From positions 89,280,001-89,344,000 of the forward strand of contig NC_043006.1 in the NCBI RefSeq assembly GCF_006345805.1: a stretch of DNA of 64,000 bases. The letters run 5' to 3'. Below, one piece after another: positions 1 to 11,380 of this stretch (positions are counted from its first letter, which is position 1; each line of letters starts with the position of its first letter). The notes under the pieces were generated by a model. That model did not search any database. It saw only the letters and a list, made by a program, of their open reading frames with translations, and was not told the origin of the DNA. The position numbers were made by a program, and so were the translations under genes. Source of the stretch: Octopus sinensis (Eukaryota).

Positions 1-1931
1 AACGACCTCATCAAACTAAAAGAAGACAAAGCAATAACAATTAAGAAGGCAGACAAGGGCAACGCGATAGTAGTAATGAATACAAACGATTATAAAAATT
101 TAGTACAATCCCTATTAAGAGATGAAACGTATTATGAAAGGCCCCAACAGTATAATCAGCAAAAAATAATGCATAACCTCAGGACATTAATCAACACATA
201 CTGAGAAGGACTCATGGAGAAGGAGTATGAATACCTCACTAACTTCAAATGCAAATCGAGTTTGTTCTATGGTATCCCTAAAGTACACAAAAGCCAAATA
301 ATTAGAGAAACATGCAAAACATCTACCGATATGCTCATCAAAATCCCTTCACCAAATGATCTTAAACTTAGACCGATAATAGCAGGGCCAGCATGTGAGA
401 CTCACCGCCTCAGCAATTTCTTAGACACACTTCTTAAACCTTTCCTAAAACACATCAAAAGCTACGTAAGAGACGATATAGACATGCTCAACCACCTCCC
501 TAAAACAGTCAATGAGAAAACCCTTCTAGTATCATTCGACGTAGTTAATCTTTATTCTAACATCCCTCACAACCTAGGAATAGAAGCGATCACCTTCTGG
601 CTGAATAACTACTCCTTTGAACTCCCAACTCGCATAAACAAAAACCTTATAATAGAAGGACTTAGATTTATTTTAGAAAACAATTACTTTATTTTTGACA
701 ATGATTTCTACAGACAAAGATCGGGAACAGTGATGGGCACGCGTACTGCACCCTCTTTTGCCAACCTAGTGATGGGATACCTCGAGAAAATACTCTACGA
801 GATAACACTCAAGAAATTTGGAAACACCTTCTCCACCTACATCCAGAACAACTGGAAAAGATACCTCGATGAATGTTTCATCATCTGGGATAAAAGTATA
901 GAGAAACTTGAGGAATTTAAAATACTATTAAATGGAATACATGATAATATACAATTCACGATGGATCATAACGAAGAAGAATTACCATTTTTAGACATCC
1001 TCATTAAGAAAACCGACAACAAAATAGAGACAGATATCTACTATAAACCGACAGACTCCAAACAGTACCTACCCTTTGATTCATGCCACCCACGACACAC
1101 TAGAATAAATGTCCCTTTTTGTTTAGCTAGAAGGATTTGCACCATAATATCAGACACAAACACCCGACACACACGTCTCCAGGAACTTAGAACCACACTC
1201 ACTAATAGAAACTATCCACAGCCCCTAATAGACAGTGCAATCCAAAGGGCACTCAAATTAAGTATAGAAGACCTGAGACAAACAAAACCAAAAAAGAAAG
1301 AACAATTAAAAACCCTTCCCTACATCTCTACACACAACCCACTCAACAATGAGGCCTTCAGCACCATACTACAAAGCACAGCCCTGCTAAAGGGTGACCC
1401 AAAGATGAACCAGATCCTCGAAACACATACCATCATTAAAAGTAAATGGCAACCAAAATCCTTGAAAAGGATTTTAACCCAAGCTAAACTGCACTCAACA
1501 TCAACCACAAAACCAGCAGTTAGAAAATGTGGAAGGCCCAACTGCGGAATCTGTGTCATCTTGGTAGAAGGTTCAGAATTTATACTAGAACAAGGCCATC
1601 AGTTCACCATTAGAGCAAACTTCACCTGCGCATCAGAAAACTTAATTTACGTCTTAACATGTGCAGGCTGCAATAGGCAGTATATAGGCCATACAAAAAA
1701 TAGCTTACGTAACAGGATGGCGGTGCATAAAACACAAATTAGAAACTCTGAATACCGAAAAATACTGGTCAGCGGACACATAGATGTGCTGCAAATGTAA
1801 ATCCGAAATTTACAACTTACCCACTTTATAAATTCAGTGACAGCGTAACCTTCACGCAACGCCAAAATAAAGAACTTTATTTCATCAAAAAATTTAGACC
1901 AAGTTTGAACACCTTGGGCCAGGAATATTAA
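1..1931 (+). pseudogene. PLE reverse transcriptase/GIY-YIG endonuclease, disrupted
   Basis: ORF 214-1800 is preceded by an in-frame TGA at 202-204. The RT catalytic motif reads YLDE. A frameshift near 1786 is followed by ...QRQNKELYFIKKFRPSLNTLGQEY* in another frame, ending at TAA 1929-1931. Confidence 0.88.
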
Positions 1932-2278
1932 AACAAAGCATTGGTCCTCCGAAAAAGAGAAACGAAATTCTACCACAACCACTATGACTGCCCCAACTCG
2001 CACTACTACTACAACCACCATGATCACTGTTGCTACGGCCACAGTGAGAGAATTATAATAATGGAGGTGGGGCGAATTACAATTTCTCAGATCCTTAAAC
2101 AGTCACTCACGCTGACAGTGATATGTCTTAGGGAAGGAAAAATTTATAAAAAGATCTCTTTCTCTACGAGCAGATCTAATCCTGATTCGTCAAAAAACTG
2201 ATGACGTATTACCTCAGTGGTCAAGCTATTGTCACCCTGCTTGGTCGGTTTCCCCACACGATACAGCTATGGGTCAAA

Positions 2279-2397
2279 CCCGATTCTGATTGGTCAAAAC
2301 ATTGATGACGTCTCGTTCTGCTGGACTAGCCACCTCAGACCCGATTCTGATTGGTCAAAACATTGATGATGTCTCGTTCTGCTGGACTAGCCACCTA
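2279..2397 (+). repeat. 61-bp tandem duplication in the PLE 3' region
   Basis: cccgattctgattggtcaaaacattgatga(c/t)gtctcgttctgctggactagccacct starts at 2279 and again at 2340. Confidence 0.9.
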
Positions 2398-2705
2398 ACA
2401 GGATACAGTCATGGGTCAGATCTAATTCGTCAAAAAAATGATGACGTATTTCTTCCGTGGCCAAACTGTCGTTCCGCTTGGTTGATTTCCTAACAGGATA
2501 CAGTTAGGAGTCTTTTCACTATATTCGTTGAGACTGGGTTTTGATTGGTTTGGAACTATATGACGTCAGTGAAAAGTGCAAGTGACCACAGCTTAGCTGA
2601 GCTGATTTAAATCCGCGAGCAGACACCAACCAAAAATCATTACTGTTGCTCCCATTGGAACACAAGGTAAAATCTAAAATGAACTCCTCGCCTTTTCAAG
2701 AACAG

Positions 2706-2903
2706 GAATTTTTTATATTTGACTCTATTGAATGTATGTCACAATTATGAACTACTACATCATACTCTTTAAACATATAGCATGGACTCGCTTTATTATA
2801 TATGAATTTTTTATATTTGACTCTATTGAATATATGTCACAATTATGAACTATTACATCATACTCTTTAAACATATAGCATGGACTCTCTTTATTATATA
2901 TAA
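2706..2903 (+). repeat. 98-bp tandem duplication
   Basis: gaattttttatatttgactctattgaat...gcatggactc.ctttattatatat starts at 2706 and 2804. Confidence 0.9.
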
Positions 2904-2905
2904 TT

Positions 2906-2950
2906 TTTTTTGATAAGGTTCGTCATTTCAAGAACCGAAACATGTTAAAA
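2906..2950 (+). ncRNA. Type I hammerhead ribozyme, U3-A8 core variant
   Basis: tttt-TTGATAA-GGTTC-gtcatttcaa-GAACC-GAAA-catgt-t-aaaa. Stem II is a perfect 5 bp, stem III is the palindrome ACATGT, and stem I is U4/A4. Confidence 0.65.
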
Positions 2951-3139
2951 TAAAAATTTGTCTAATATAGTAGCATTTTCAAACTTCATTTTTTACAAAT
3001 ATATACCCACTCGTATACGAGCTAATCTTATTATAAATATATTTGTATATATATATGTATATATATATATGACCTCGCGTGTACCTTTGGCGATTTTTTT
3101 TCCTCTGTCTTCCCTTCTCTGGATCTTTCCTTCTCCTAT

Positions 3140-3174
3140 GTTTCCGACGAAGAACTCCGCTCAAAACGTTAAAC
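3140..3174 (+). ncRNA. Degenerate minimal hammerhead-like motif in a PLE-tail fragment
   Basis: gttt-CCGACGA-a-gaac-tcc-gctc-AAAA-cgtt-aaac. Stem I and the AACGTT palindrome are retained, but GAAA is mutated to AAAA. Confidence 0.4.
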
Positions 3175-3420
3175 CCTCCTTCTTTCCTTCTTTCCTGAGC
3201 ATCCAATAATACTATATTTGTTCCACGTCCTCGCATTGTTGTGTTTTTTGTGCTTTCTTGTTTGGATTAACTTCATATATATAATATATATATATATTAT
3301 ACATATATATATATATATATATATACATATATATACATATATACAAAAAACAAAAGATGAAGACAGGTGGTGTACAAAACAAACAGATGTATTAATATAA
3401 CACTCAGGAATAGAAAAAGT

Positions 3421-3456
3421 CTTTTATGTTTCGAGCCTACGCTCTTCTACAGAAAG
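3421..3456 (-). ncRNA. Degenerate minimal hammerhead-like motif in a PLE-tail fragment
   Basis: Reverse strand reads cttt-CTGTAGA-a-GAGC-gtag-GCTC-GAAA-cata-aaag. The core has A6>U and stem III is broken. Confidence 0.4.
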
Positions 3457-3629
3457 GGACACAGAAAAAAACAAGGAGAGAAAAAGCGTGTGTAGTGACT
3501 ACCGATCTATCATGGCAATATATATATATATAGCATGGAACACAGATGTTAAATGATGATGATGATGATGATGATGATGAAGATATATATATGTATTTTA
3601 TATATACTCATATGTATATATGAGTATAT

Positions 3630-3822
3630 ATTGTTTCAGTCATTTGACTGTGGCCATGCTGGAGCTCTGTCTTAAAGAGTTTTAGTCAATGAAATCAACC
3701 CCAGGATTTTATCTTTGTAAGTCTAATACTTATTCTATCGGTCTCTTTGCCAAACTACTAAGTTACTGGGACATAAATGCACCAACATCAGTTGACAAGC
3801 GATGGTGGTTGGAACAAACACA
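3630..3822 (-). mobile_element. SINE 3' portion (same family as 41178-41585)
   Basis: ttgtttcagtcatttgactgtggccatgctggag...tattctatcggtctc...gacaagcgatggtg is the reverse complement of the 41178-type tail. Confidence 0.8.
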
Positions 3823-4025
3823 CTAGTTTTGTCTGTAAGATTGTAGGCTCATCAGCAGTCCCCCTTCCATTGTCAAAAGGTTTGGCTAAATCCAGGCTGT
3901 CAGCATATAGAGTTACCATATAAATTTAAGGCTGAGTTAGCGAAAGTTAGAACTTGTCAAATACAATTTTGTGAATGTACAAACAGCTTGTTCGTTTAAA
4001 TAAAATAGATATATATACATGATAT

Positions 4026-4235
4026 GTGGAGTTGCATTGTTTAGTGGGTTGGGTGTTGAACTCATGATCATAAGATTGCAGTTTCAATTCCTGGACTGGG
4101 AGATGCATTTTGTTCTTGAGAAAAATGCTTCAGATTAAGTTGCTTCTGTGCTCTCAGCTTGCAAAAATGAGCAATCCTGCAATGAACAGACATCCTATCC
4201 AGAACAGAATACATGTATATACATGAGCCTATGAC
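4026..4235 (+). mobile_element. Degraded tRNA-derived SINE
   Basis: tRNA-like head with a B-box-like gtttcaattcc. The body resembles the SINE at 31144. Confidence 0.5.
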
Positions 4236-4383
4236 TCAAGAATGACTTTTGAAGTCTGTCTTTGTTTTACATGTATTATATAATAAAGGAGACAGCATGG
4301 CCACAATCAAATGACTGAAAGAAGTAAAAGAATAAAAGAATATATATACACACACACACACATATATGTGAGTGTTTGGTTGT

Positions 4384-4418
<35 letters not shown>

Positions 4419-6109
4419 AGTACAAATATAATAGATGAACATAATCATAATTCATGTGTGTGTATTCATACACATATAAATAAGATGACCTTACATTTCA
4501 GTTGCACACACACACACACACGTAATTCATGCACAAACAGGTATCTTTTCCTTTACATACCATTATTATTGACACATGTCTGTGTCTTGTTCTATTTGCA
4601 TGAACCTGGTAAGAGTCCTACTTCTTTTCACAATTCCCAAAGAACTAATCACCTATGTTTTTCATAAGGATAGCATTTCTCCTGCTTTGTTTCTTTTTCA
4701 CAAAAAAATTTCTTCATTTCTATATTCTTATATATGTTATTTATATTATTATTATTATATATATATTCTCACTTTGCTTTTTGTAAAATAGAGATATATC
4801 TTTCCGGAGGCAGAGATTGAAACTATTAAAAGCAATATTATAAGGCTGCTACAATACAATCTCTAGAGGTTGAAATTTTAATTACTCATATATGTGTACT
4901 GCAAGAAATAAATATATTATATATATATATAACAATAATAATGATAAAGAAAGAAAAGTTAGTCTTTTAGAAAAAAGAACAAAAAACTCATTTAAAATAA
5001 TTAGATAATTTCTATTTTCTTTTGCCATTTATTTATTATGTATTTTTTTTTTGTAAGATTGAACTTGCTAAATTCTGTTACTGCTGTGGATATATGTCTC
5101 AGTAATTCTATTTCTCCTCAGTTTGTATCTCTTATGGCTTTCTTTCTTTCTTTCTTATCTCTCTTACGTTTTTGAAAACTAATAACTGAAGCACCAAATT
5201 TCTCATTGTTATTTCACATGCTTCTAGCTACAAAATTATTATTAATATATATATACATGGCAAAATGTAGATATATATATATGTGAGTGTGTGTGTATCT
5301 ATGCATGCATAATATGTGTGTGTGTACACACACACATGCATGTATAGGTACACACACATGCTCACTCACATATACTGCAAAAATGTAGTAATGAATGCAT
5401 AAATATGAAAGAAAATTTTTTGATGGGGAAAAAGAAAACCAAACCCAAACAAACAAACAAGTAAACTCAACTGTTACAGTTCAATAGGTATATTTTTTTA
5501 AAAATACAATTAGTTTTAATATTAAATTGTAAAAATATACTTCCATGCTGAATAACCAAATTTAACAATTCCAAAATATTTCATTGTTTTAAAGCATTAT
5601 ATTTCTATATTTTACAATGAACTTACCTATTTATATACTTATACCCACCCACACAAATACATAAATAAAAGGAAAGGAAAGAGAAGATAAGATTGTTCTT
5701 TTTTGTTGTTTTGTTTTGCCAATTGGTTGGCATATTTGCAAATATTCTTGATTCTATTTTTTTTTTTGAAAGATCCAGTTTTGTAATAAAGTTTATTGTA
5801 TTGTATCTATTGAATATATTGCTGATGTTATACCTACCCTACCTCTTGCATTTCCCCCTATCTCCATCTCTATCCATCTGCCCTTCTCTTATCACACTCC
5901 CATACCATTTCTCTTATAGTCAATTTCTTGTAGCTTAAGTGTATAACACACTACACTACCATCTTCTTGCTTTTTCCAACTAGGATAAACATGTGTCTTC
6001 CTTACAGCAAGACACCTGTTAGAATACTTTAATCTCTCATCACCTGCCATAAAGCTACCTCTCTCAATACTACTCCCCATGTGGGAGGTCTTGTCTTGTG
6101 AGTTACTTA

Positions 6110-6310
6110 ACCTCACTCGTGCTGGTGTCATGTCAAAGACATCCAGTACACTCAGTAAAGTGGTTAGCATTAGGAATGATATCCAGCTGTAGAAAAAATG
6201 TCATATCAGACATTGGAGCTTGGCATAGTCCTCTGGCATGTCAGTTTCTATCAAACAGTCCAACTCATGCCAGCACGGAAAACAGATGTAATGATGATGA
6301 TAATGATAGT
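6110..6310 (+). mobile_element. RTE-LINE-derived 3' tail with (GAT)n end
   Basis: ggttagcattaggaatgatatccagctgtagaaaa...ccaactcatgccagcacggaaaacagatgtaatgatgatg, the same tail that ends the RTE at 36940-38400. Confidence 0.75.
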
Positions 6311-6887
6311 GATGACTTTTACCCAACATTACTATGTAAAGACAGTTGTAAACGTCTTGTTTTTATATACAATAACTTTATGGGCAGAAAAAGAGGGTTC
6401 TACTGAACTGGTTTTAATCATTTTGCTTCCATATTTCTGTTGAAATACAAGGCTTTTGCTTAATTAATTTTTAAAATAACGAAGAATTTACTGAAATCGT
6501 TTAGTCATAAAGTTGGTGTTAGGAACATAAGAAAATTTGATGGAAGGTCTTAATTTGGATCACTTTAAAAAGGGAAGTTTATATCATACAATCAAGGGTG
6601 GTCTGATGTGGGTTGGTAGCAAAAGGGTTAGTCCTGTTGGGATTTCATCAGGGATTAAGTCTACACTTTGACTGTCCACAGAAACACTGCTTATAAATCC
6701 ATTATTCCTAAAAGCTTATGTAAACTGATTTGGCCAGTTAATAACTTCATTGTGCAATAACCATGTTTTGGTTCAATGCTATATTGTACTACTGATTATA
6801 TCTGTGGTATCAGGCCTTTAACAAACCCTAAAAGCCAGAAAATTTTCAGCACACCCTTGTACATCATCGCCGCTGCCACCACCCTCA

Positions 6888-7035
6888 TCATCATCATCAT
6901 TTAGCATCCACTTTTCATACTGGCATGGATTAGATGGCTTGACTGGAACTGGTAAACCAGAGAGCCGTACCAGGTTCCCGTCAGATTATGGTTTGGTTTC
7001 TATGGCTGGATGTCCTTCCTAACACCAACCGCCTT
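6888..7035 (-). mobile_element. RTE-LINE-derived 3' tail
   Basis: (CAT)n followed by ttagcatccacttttcatactggcatgg...ggctggatgtccttcctaacaccaacc. Confidence 0.75.
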
Positions 7036-7859
7036 CTTACATGTCACCAGCATGGGTGCTAATTTTAATGTTCATTTTTATTTTTTTAATTTCCATTTTT
7101 ATTTTTATTTTTGTTTTTACTTTTGTTCTTATCCCTTCTCAATTTTTTTCTTTGCCTCTTACTTTCTTCTTTGTCTCTTTCTTTTCTGATTTACCCGTCC
7201 ACCTCTTTAACTTGCTAATTACCCACTTATAATGTTATTACAATGGTTTGCAACCGTCACGCCACTCTAAGACAGACATTTAGAACATGTAGGTCCCTCT
7301 TGCCTGTGTGTGGGATTGGACCTACCTGTTATACCTGTGTCTGTGCATAGGCATATATGCATACTTTTGTGTATATGCATGGGGATTTACTCCCTCATGT
7401 GTGTGAGTGTGGGCGTGAGTGTGGGTGTATGCATATTTTTGTCCATAAGCATAGGGATTTACTTCCTCATGTGTGTGAGTGTGTCTGTATGTGTGTATGT
7501 ATGTGTATGTGTATACGTACGTATGCGTGTCAGTTCTTGTACCCAACTACATGCGACTTTTTCCGTATGTATGTGTATATTGAGATATTTATGTATGTGC
7601 GCATATACGTATATAAGTGGGTAGACGGGCGGGCTTTACATATGTATGTGTGAGTATGTATTTGTATGTATACGAGTGCGTATGCAGAGGCAGGTTAGTC
7701 TATTTGCTTTTATGTATTTAGCTGGTGCAGGCTTAGGTATCTGTATGTATATGTGTATCCCTGTTGGTATTTTTACATGAGAGTACGTATGTATATATAC
7801 GTGTGGATGTGTATATGTGTATATGTGTATATGTATGCATGCATGTACGTATGTACATG

Positions 7860-8740
7860 TTGACCACTAGTAACAAAGACAATTTACGAGGAAGTAGATA
7901 AACTGTTTAACCACAAACCAGACAACCGAGATTGACCATATACTTGGTCTCCAGACATTTCAGTTGATTTATGACACCCGCCATAACGCCCATAGGCTTC
8001 AAAAACCGGAATATGTCATCTTTCTGTACCTTACGCTATCTTCTGACCACCCTGTTAGTTCTTCACCCCTTTACATTTCTTCATCTTTTATCCCTTCCCC
8101 TTATATATTTTTTAAAATTTTCTTATCCTTATTATTTATTTTCTTTCGTCTTCAGTTCTCACTTCTTTATCTTTATATCTATTTATTTATATTACCATGT
8201 TTTTTTCACGTCTGTGTGTATTTATATATTTATATACTTAGATACTTTTTTATATTCTTATATATTTTTTTATATTCTTATATCTTTTTTATATATTTTT
8301 AAATTTTTACTCTTTTACTACCTTTTGCACCCACAACCCTCCCTCTTTGTGATCCCTAACTCACTAAAGATTCAACCCCCCCCCCCAACCCCCTCCCCTC
8401 TCTATCTCAACATCCAAACTTTCTCATTCTACATCAAGTGAAAGACAGGATGGGCGCTTCGATTTTGTGTTGGTGCCCCACTCTGTCGTACGTGACTATG
8501 AGGATTTGCATCCCCAACGTAAAACTTATAATGTAATACATGTCCTTGAAGTAGTAATTGTACGCGGCTGAAGAAGGCTATAGACACACATTATGCATTG
8601 TTATAAAACCGTCTAATAAAGGCCCGAAACATATGTACCGCTAAATCCTTGGCATCATATTTTTATTTTGATTAATATACTCTATCATCTACACCACTAA
8701 ATGGTATATACAGGTGCTTACAATTATCAAGTATTCACCC
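7860..8740 (+). mobile_element. PLE 3' end fragment
   Basis: The peptide RLQKPEYVIFLYLTL resembles a GIY-YIG C-terminus. It is followed by a T-rich UTR and a canonical hammerhead. Confidence 0.6.
8564..8641 (+). ncRNA. Type I hammerhead ribozyme (canonical core)
   Basis: GCGG (stem I), CTGAAGA (8568-8574), stem II aggct..tagac/gtcta..ggccc, GAAA (8626-8629), palindrome ACATATGT, GUA cleavage triplet (8635-8637), CCGC (stem I). Confidence 0.8.
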
Positions 8741-8744
8741 TGAA

Positions 8745-8780
8745 TTTTTATATACATATATATATATACACATACACACA

Positions 8781-8850
<70 letters not shown>

Positions 8851-8919
8851 TCGGTGGCTATACCAGAATAAGGAGCTATTTCTAGCACTAGAGTTAGCCA
8901 CTTATCGTTAACTCTCTTA

Positions 8920-8969
<50 letters not shown>

Positions 8970-8973
8970 CACT

Positions 8974-9020
<47 letters not shown>

Positions 9021-9086
9021 CACTTATATATATATATATATATACATATATACATATATACATATATATACATATATACACATATA

Positions 9087-9118
<32 letters not shown>

Positions 9119-9120
9119 CA

Positions 9121-9157
<37 letters not shown>

Positions 9158-9228
9158 CATATATATACACACATATATATATACACATTTATTATACACA
9201 TATATATATATATATATATACATATATC
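8745..9228. repeat. (TA)n/(TATACA)n compound microsatellite
   Basis: Visible dinucleotide run. It is the source of the YI-rich ORFs. Confidence 0.97.
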
Positions 9229-9533
9229 ATCTGACCACGTGATCACGTGACTGACCAGACCATCAGATGTTGCTACACATCGCTGGTCACAATGCGTTCG
9301 CATTGTTTTAGCCTTCGAACGACGTCAGCCCGCTGGCTAAGCGAGCAGGCCAACAGAAGAAAGAGTGAGAGAAAGAGTGGTGAAAGAGTACAGTAGGGAT
9401 CACCACCCCCTGCCGGAGCCTCGTGGAGCTTTTAGGTGTTTTCGCTGAATAAACACACACAACGCCTGGTCTGGGAATCGAAACCGCAATCCTCCGACCG
9501 CGAGTCCGCTGCCCTAAGCACTGGGCCATTGCC
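9229..9533 (-). mobile_element. tRNA-derived SINE (family related to 31144)
   Basis: Reverse strand head ggcaatggcccagtgcttagggcagcggactcgcggtcggaggattgcggtttcgattccc has A and B boxes. The body ...acacctaaaagctccacgagg matches the 31144 copy. Confidence 0.85.
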
Positions 9534-9539
9534 CAGTGG

Positions 9540-9563
9540 TTATATATACATACATATATATAT

Positions 9564-9623
<60 letters not shown>

Positions 9624-9648
9624 TATACATACATATATATATACATAC

Positions 9649-9679
<31 letters not shown>

Positions 9680-9932
9680 CATATATATATATACACATAT
9701 ATATATATATATATATATACATATATATATGTATATATATATATATATATACATATATATACATATATATATATATATATACATATATAATATATATATA
9801 CATATACATATATATACATATATGTATATATATACATATATATATACATATATACATATATATACATATATATATACATATATATACATAATATATATAT
9901 ATACACATACACACACATATATATATACACAT

Positions 9933-9981
<49 letters not shown>

Positions 9982-10018
9982 CATATACACACATGTATAT
10001 ATAAATATATATATATAT
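9540..10018. repeat. (TA)n compound microsatellite
   Basis: Visible dinucleotide run. Confidence 0.97.
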
Positions 10019-11019
10019 GTGCTCTGCCATCCAACCCGTGCAGGCACGGAAAACGGACGTTAAATGATGATGATATATATAAATTCCTTAGCCCCTAGCT
10101 GCATCCAGCCAAACATATTCAAATGTCCTTATTACAAATACTACACCTGTCTGTCTATCCCTAGTACCTCTACAATACCTGGCCTGAAACCTCCAAAACG
10201 CCCTACATTTCAATTATACCTCATAACCTCATCATTGAGATTACAGTCAGCTATGAGGGAAGTTCTAGGTGAACATTCAGGCTAGTAGAAACAACAGCTA
10301 AATCTCCATCAAATCACACAGAAAGTAATTTGAAGATTTAGCTTCAAAAAGAGGACAATAAATAATCTAGTTTTAGGTATAACTTGGGATAACAATAGCT
10401 GGAATGCCTTTGATCATAGGTTTACTTAAGGCTAATCTGGGTTTAAACAATAACAACAAATATATAATAATGAAGGAGCTTCAACAGGGTTCTGATCTGC
10501 TTGATATAGCAATTAAATCTCTTTCAAATCTGAGTCTTCTATTTTGAAAATGGAAGACTACATCAGATAATGCAATCTGAGATACAAAAGGAGAAACTGG
10601 TTGGAAGATTATGGCTGGAATGCCTTTCACCACAGATTTGCTCAATCAGGCCCTACCTTGGGCTAAACAACAATACCAACACCATCACCACCACCAACAG
10701 CAACAACAACTGTATTGCACATCAACTCTGTAACGGACTCAAAGTTTGCTACATGAAACAGATTTGCAAAGGACACATACAAAGATAGGAAAAATTATAA
10801 AGCTAGAACACAGTCATGTATACAATGCACTACATATGTATATATCTAACCCTCTCTTTCTCTCTCTAAGTATATATATATATATATATTATATATATAT
10901 ATATATATCTTCCTGGCTAGCTCTTGTGAAACTGTCCCACCCATGCTAACATGGAAGGCGGACATTAAATTAAACGATGATGATGATGATATATATATAT
11001 ATATTATCTTTCTTTTTTC

Positions 11020-11380
11020 AGTCATTAGATTGCATCTATGATAGGGCACCACATTGAAGGATTTTAGCCTAACAAATTGACCCCCAATTCTTTATTTTCT
11101 TCTGAGCATGGTACTCATTCTATCAGTGTCTTTTGCCAAACTGCTAAGTTAGAGGGATGTAAACTTGCCAACACTAGTTCTCACACAGTGGTGGGGAACA
11201 AACACAGATACAAACACACACACACACACACACACACAAATGACTTCTTTCAGTTTCCACCTACCAAATCCACTTGGTCAGCCTGAAGCTATAGTAGAAG
11301 ACACATCCCCGAGGTGCCATACAGTGGGCCTGAACCTGGAACATTGGCTTGAAAGCAAACGTCTTAGGACACAGTCATGC
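11020..11380 (-). mobile_element. tRNA-derived SINE (41178 family)
   Basis: tttcagtcatt...tttgccaaactgctaagtt...ttcagtttccacctaccaaatccac...ctatagtagaagacac is the reverse complement of the 41178 copy. Confidence 0.75.

Larger units (their letters stand above)
1..3010 (+). mobile_element. Penelope-like retroelement (PLE), 5'-truncated by the window edge, with RT/GIY-YIG ORF and 3' terminal region
   Basis: Frame 1 from base 1 reads IKKADKGNAIVVM (PLE pre-RT motif). The ORF contains LRPIIAG, SFDVVNLYSNIP, QRSGTVMG and CHPRHT, then NLIYVLTC..C..QYIG (GIY-YIG). The 3' region ends in a hammerhead motif. Confidence 0.93.

Noticed and set aside
2170-2500. Short repeats with intervening sequence resembling a CRISPR array
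   Set aside because: The context is eukaryotic, the spacers are not unique, and there are no cas genes. These are ordinary tandem duplications.
8748-10047. Many long YI/IY-rich ORFs, and similar HT/CV-rich ORFs at 26075-26463, 55594-56065 and 60738-61795
   Set aside because: They are translations of (TA)n, (CA)n and (AAT)n microsatellites, which lack stops in some frames.
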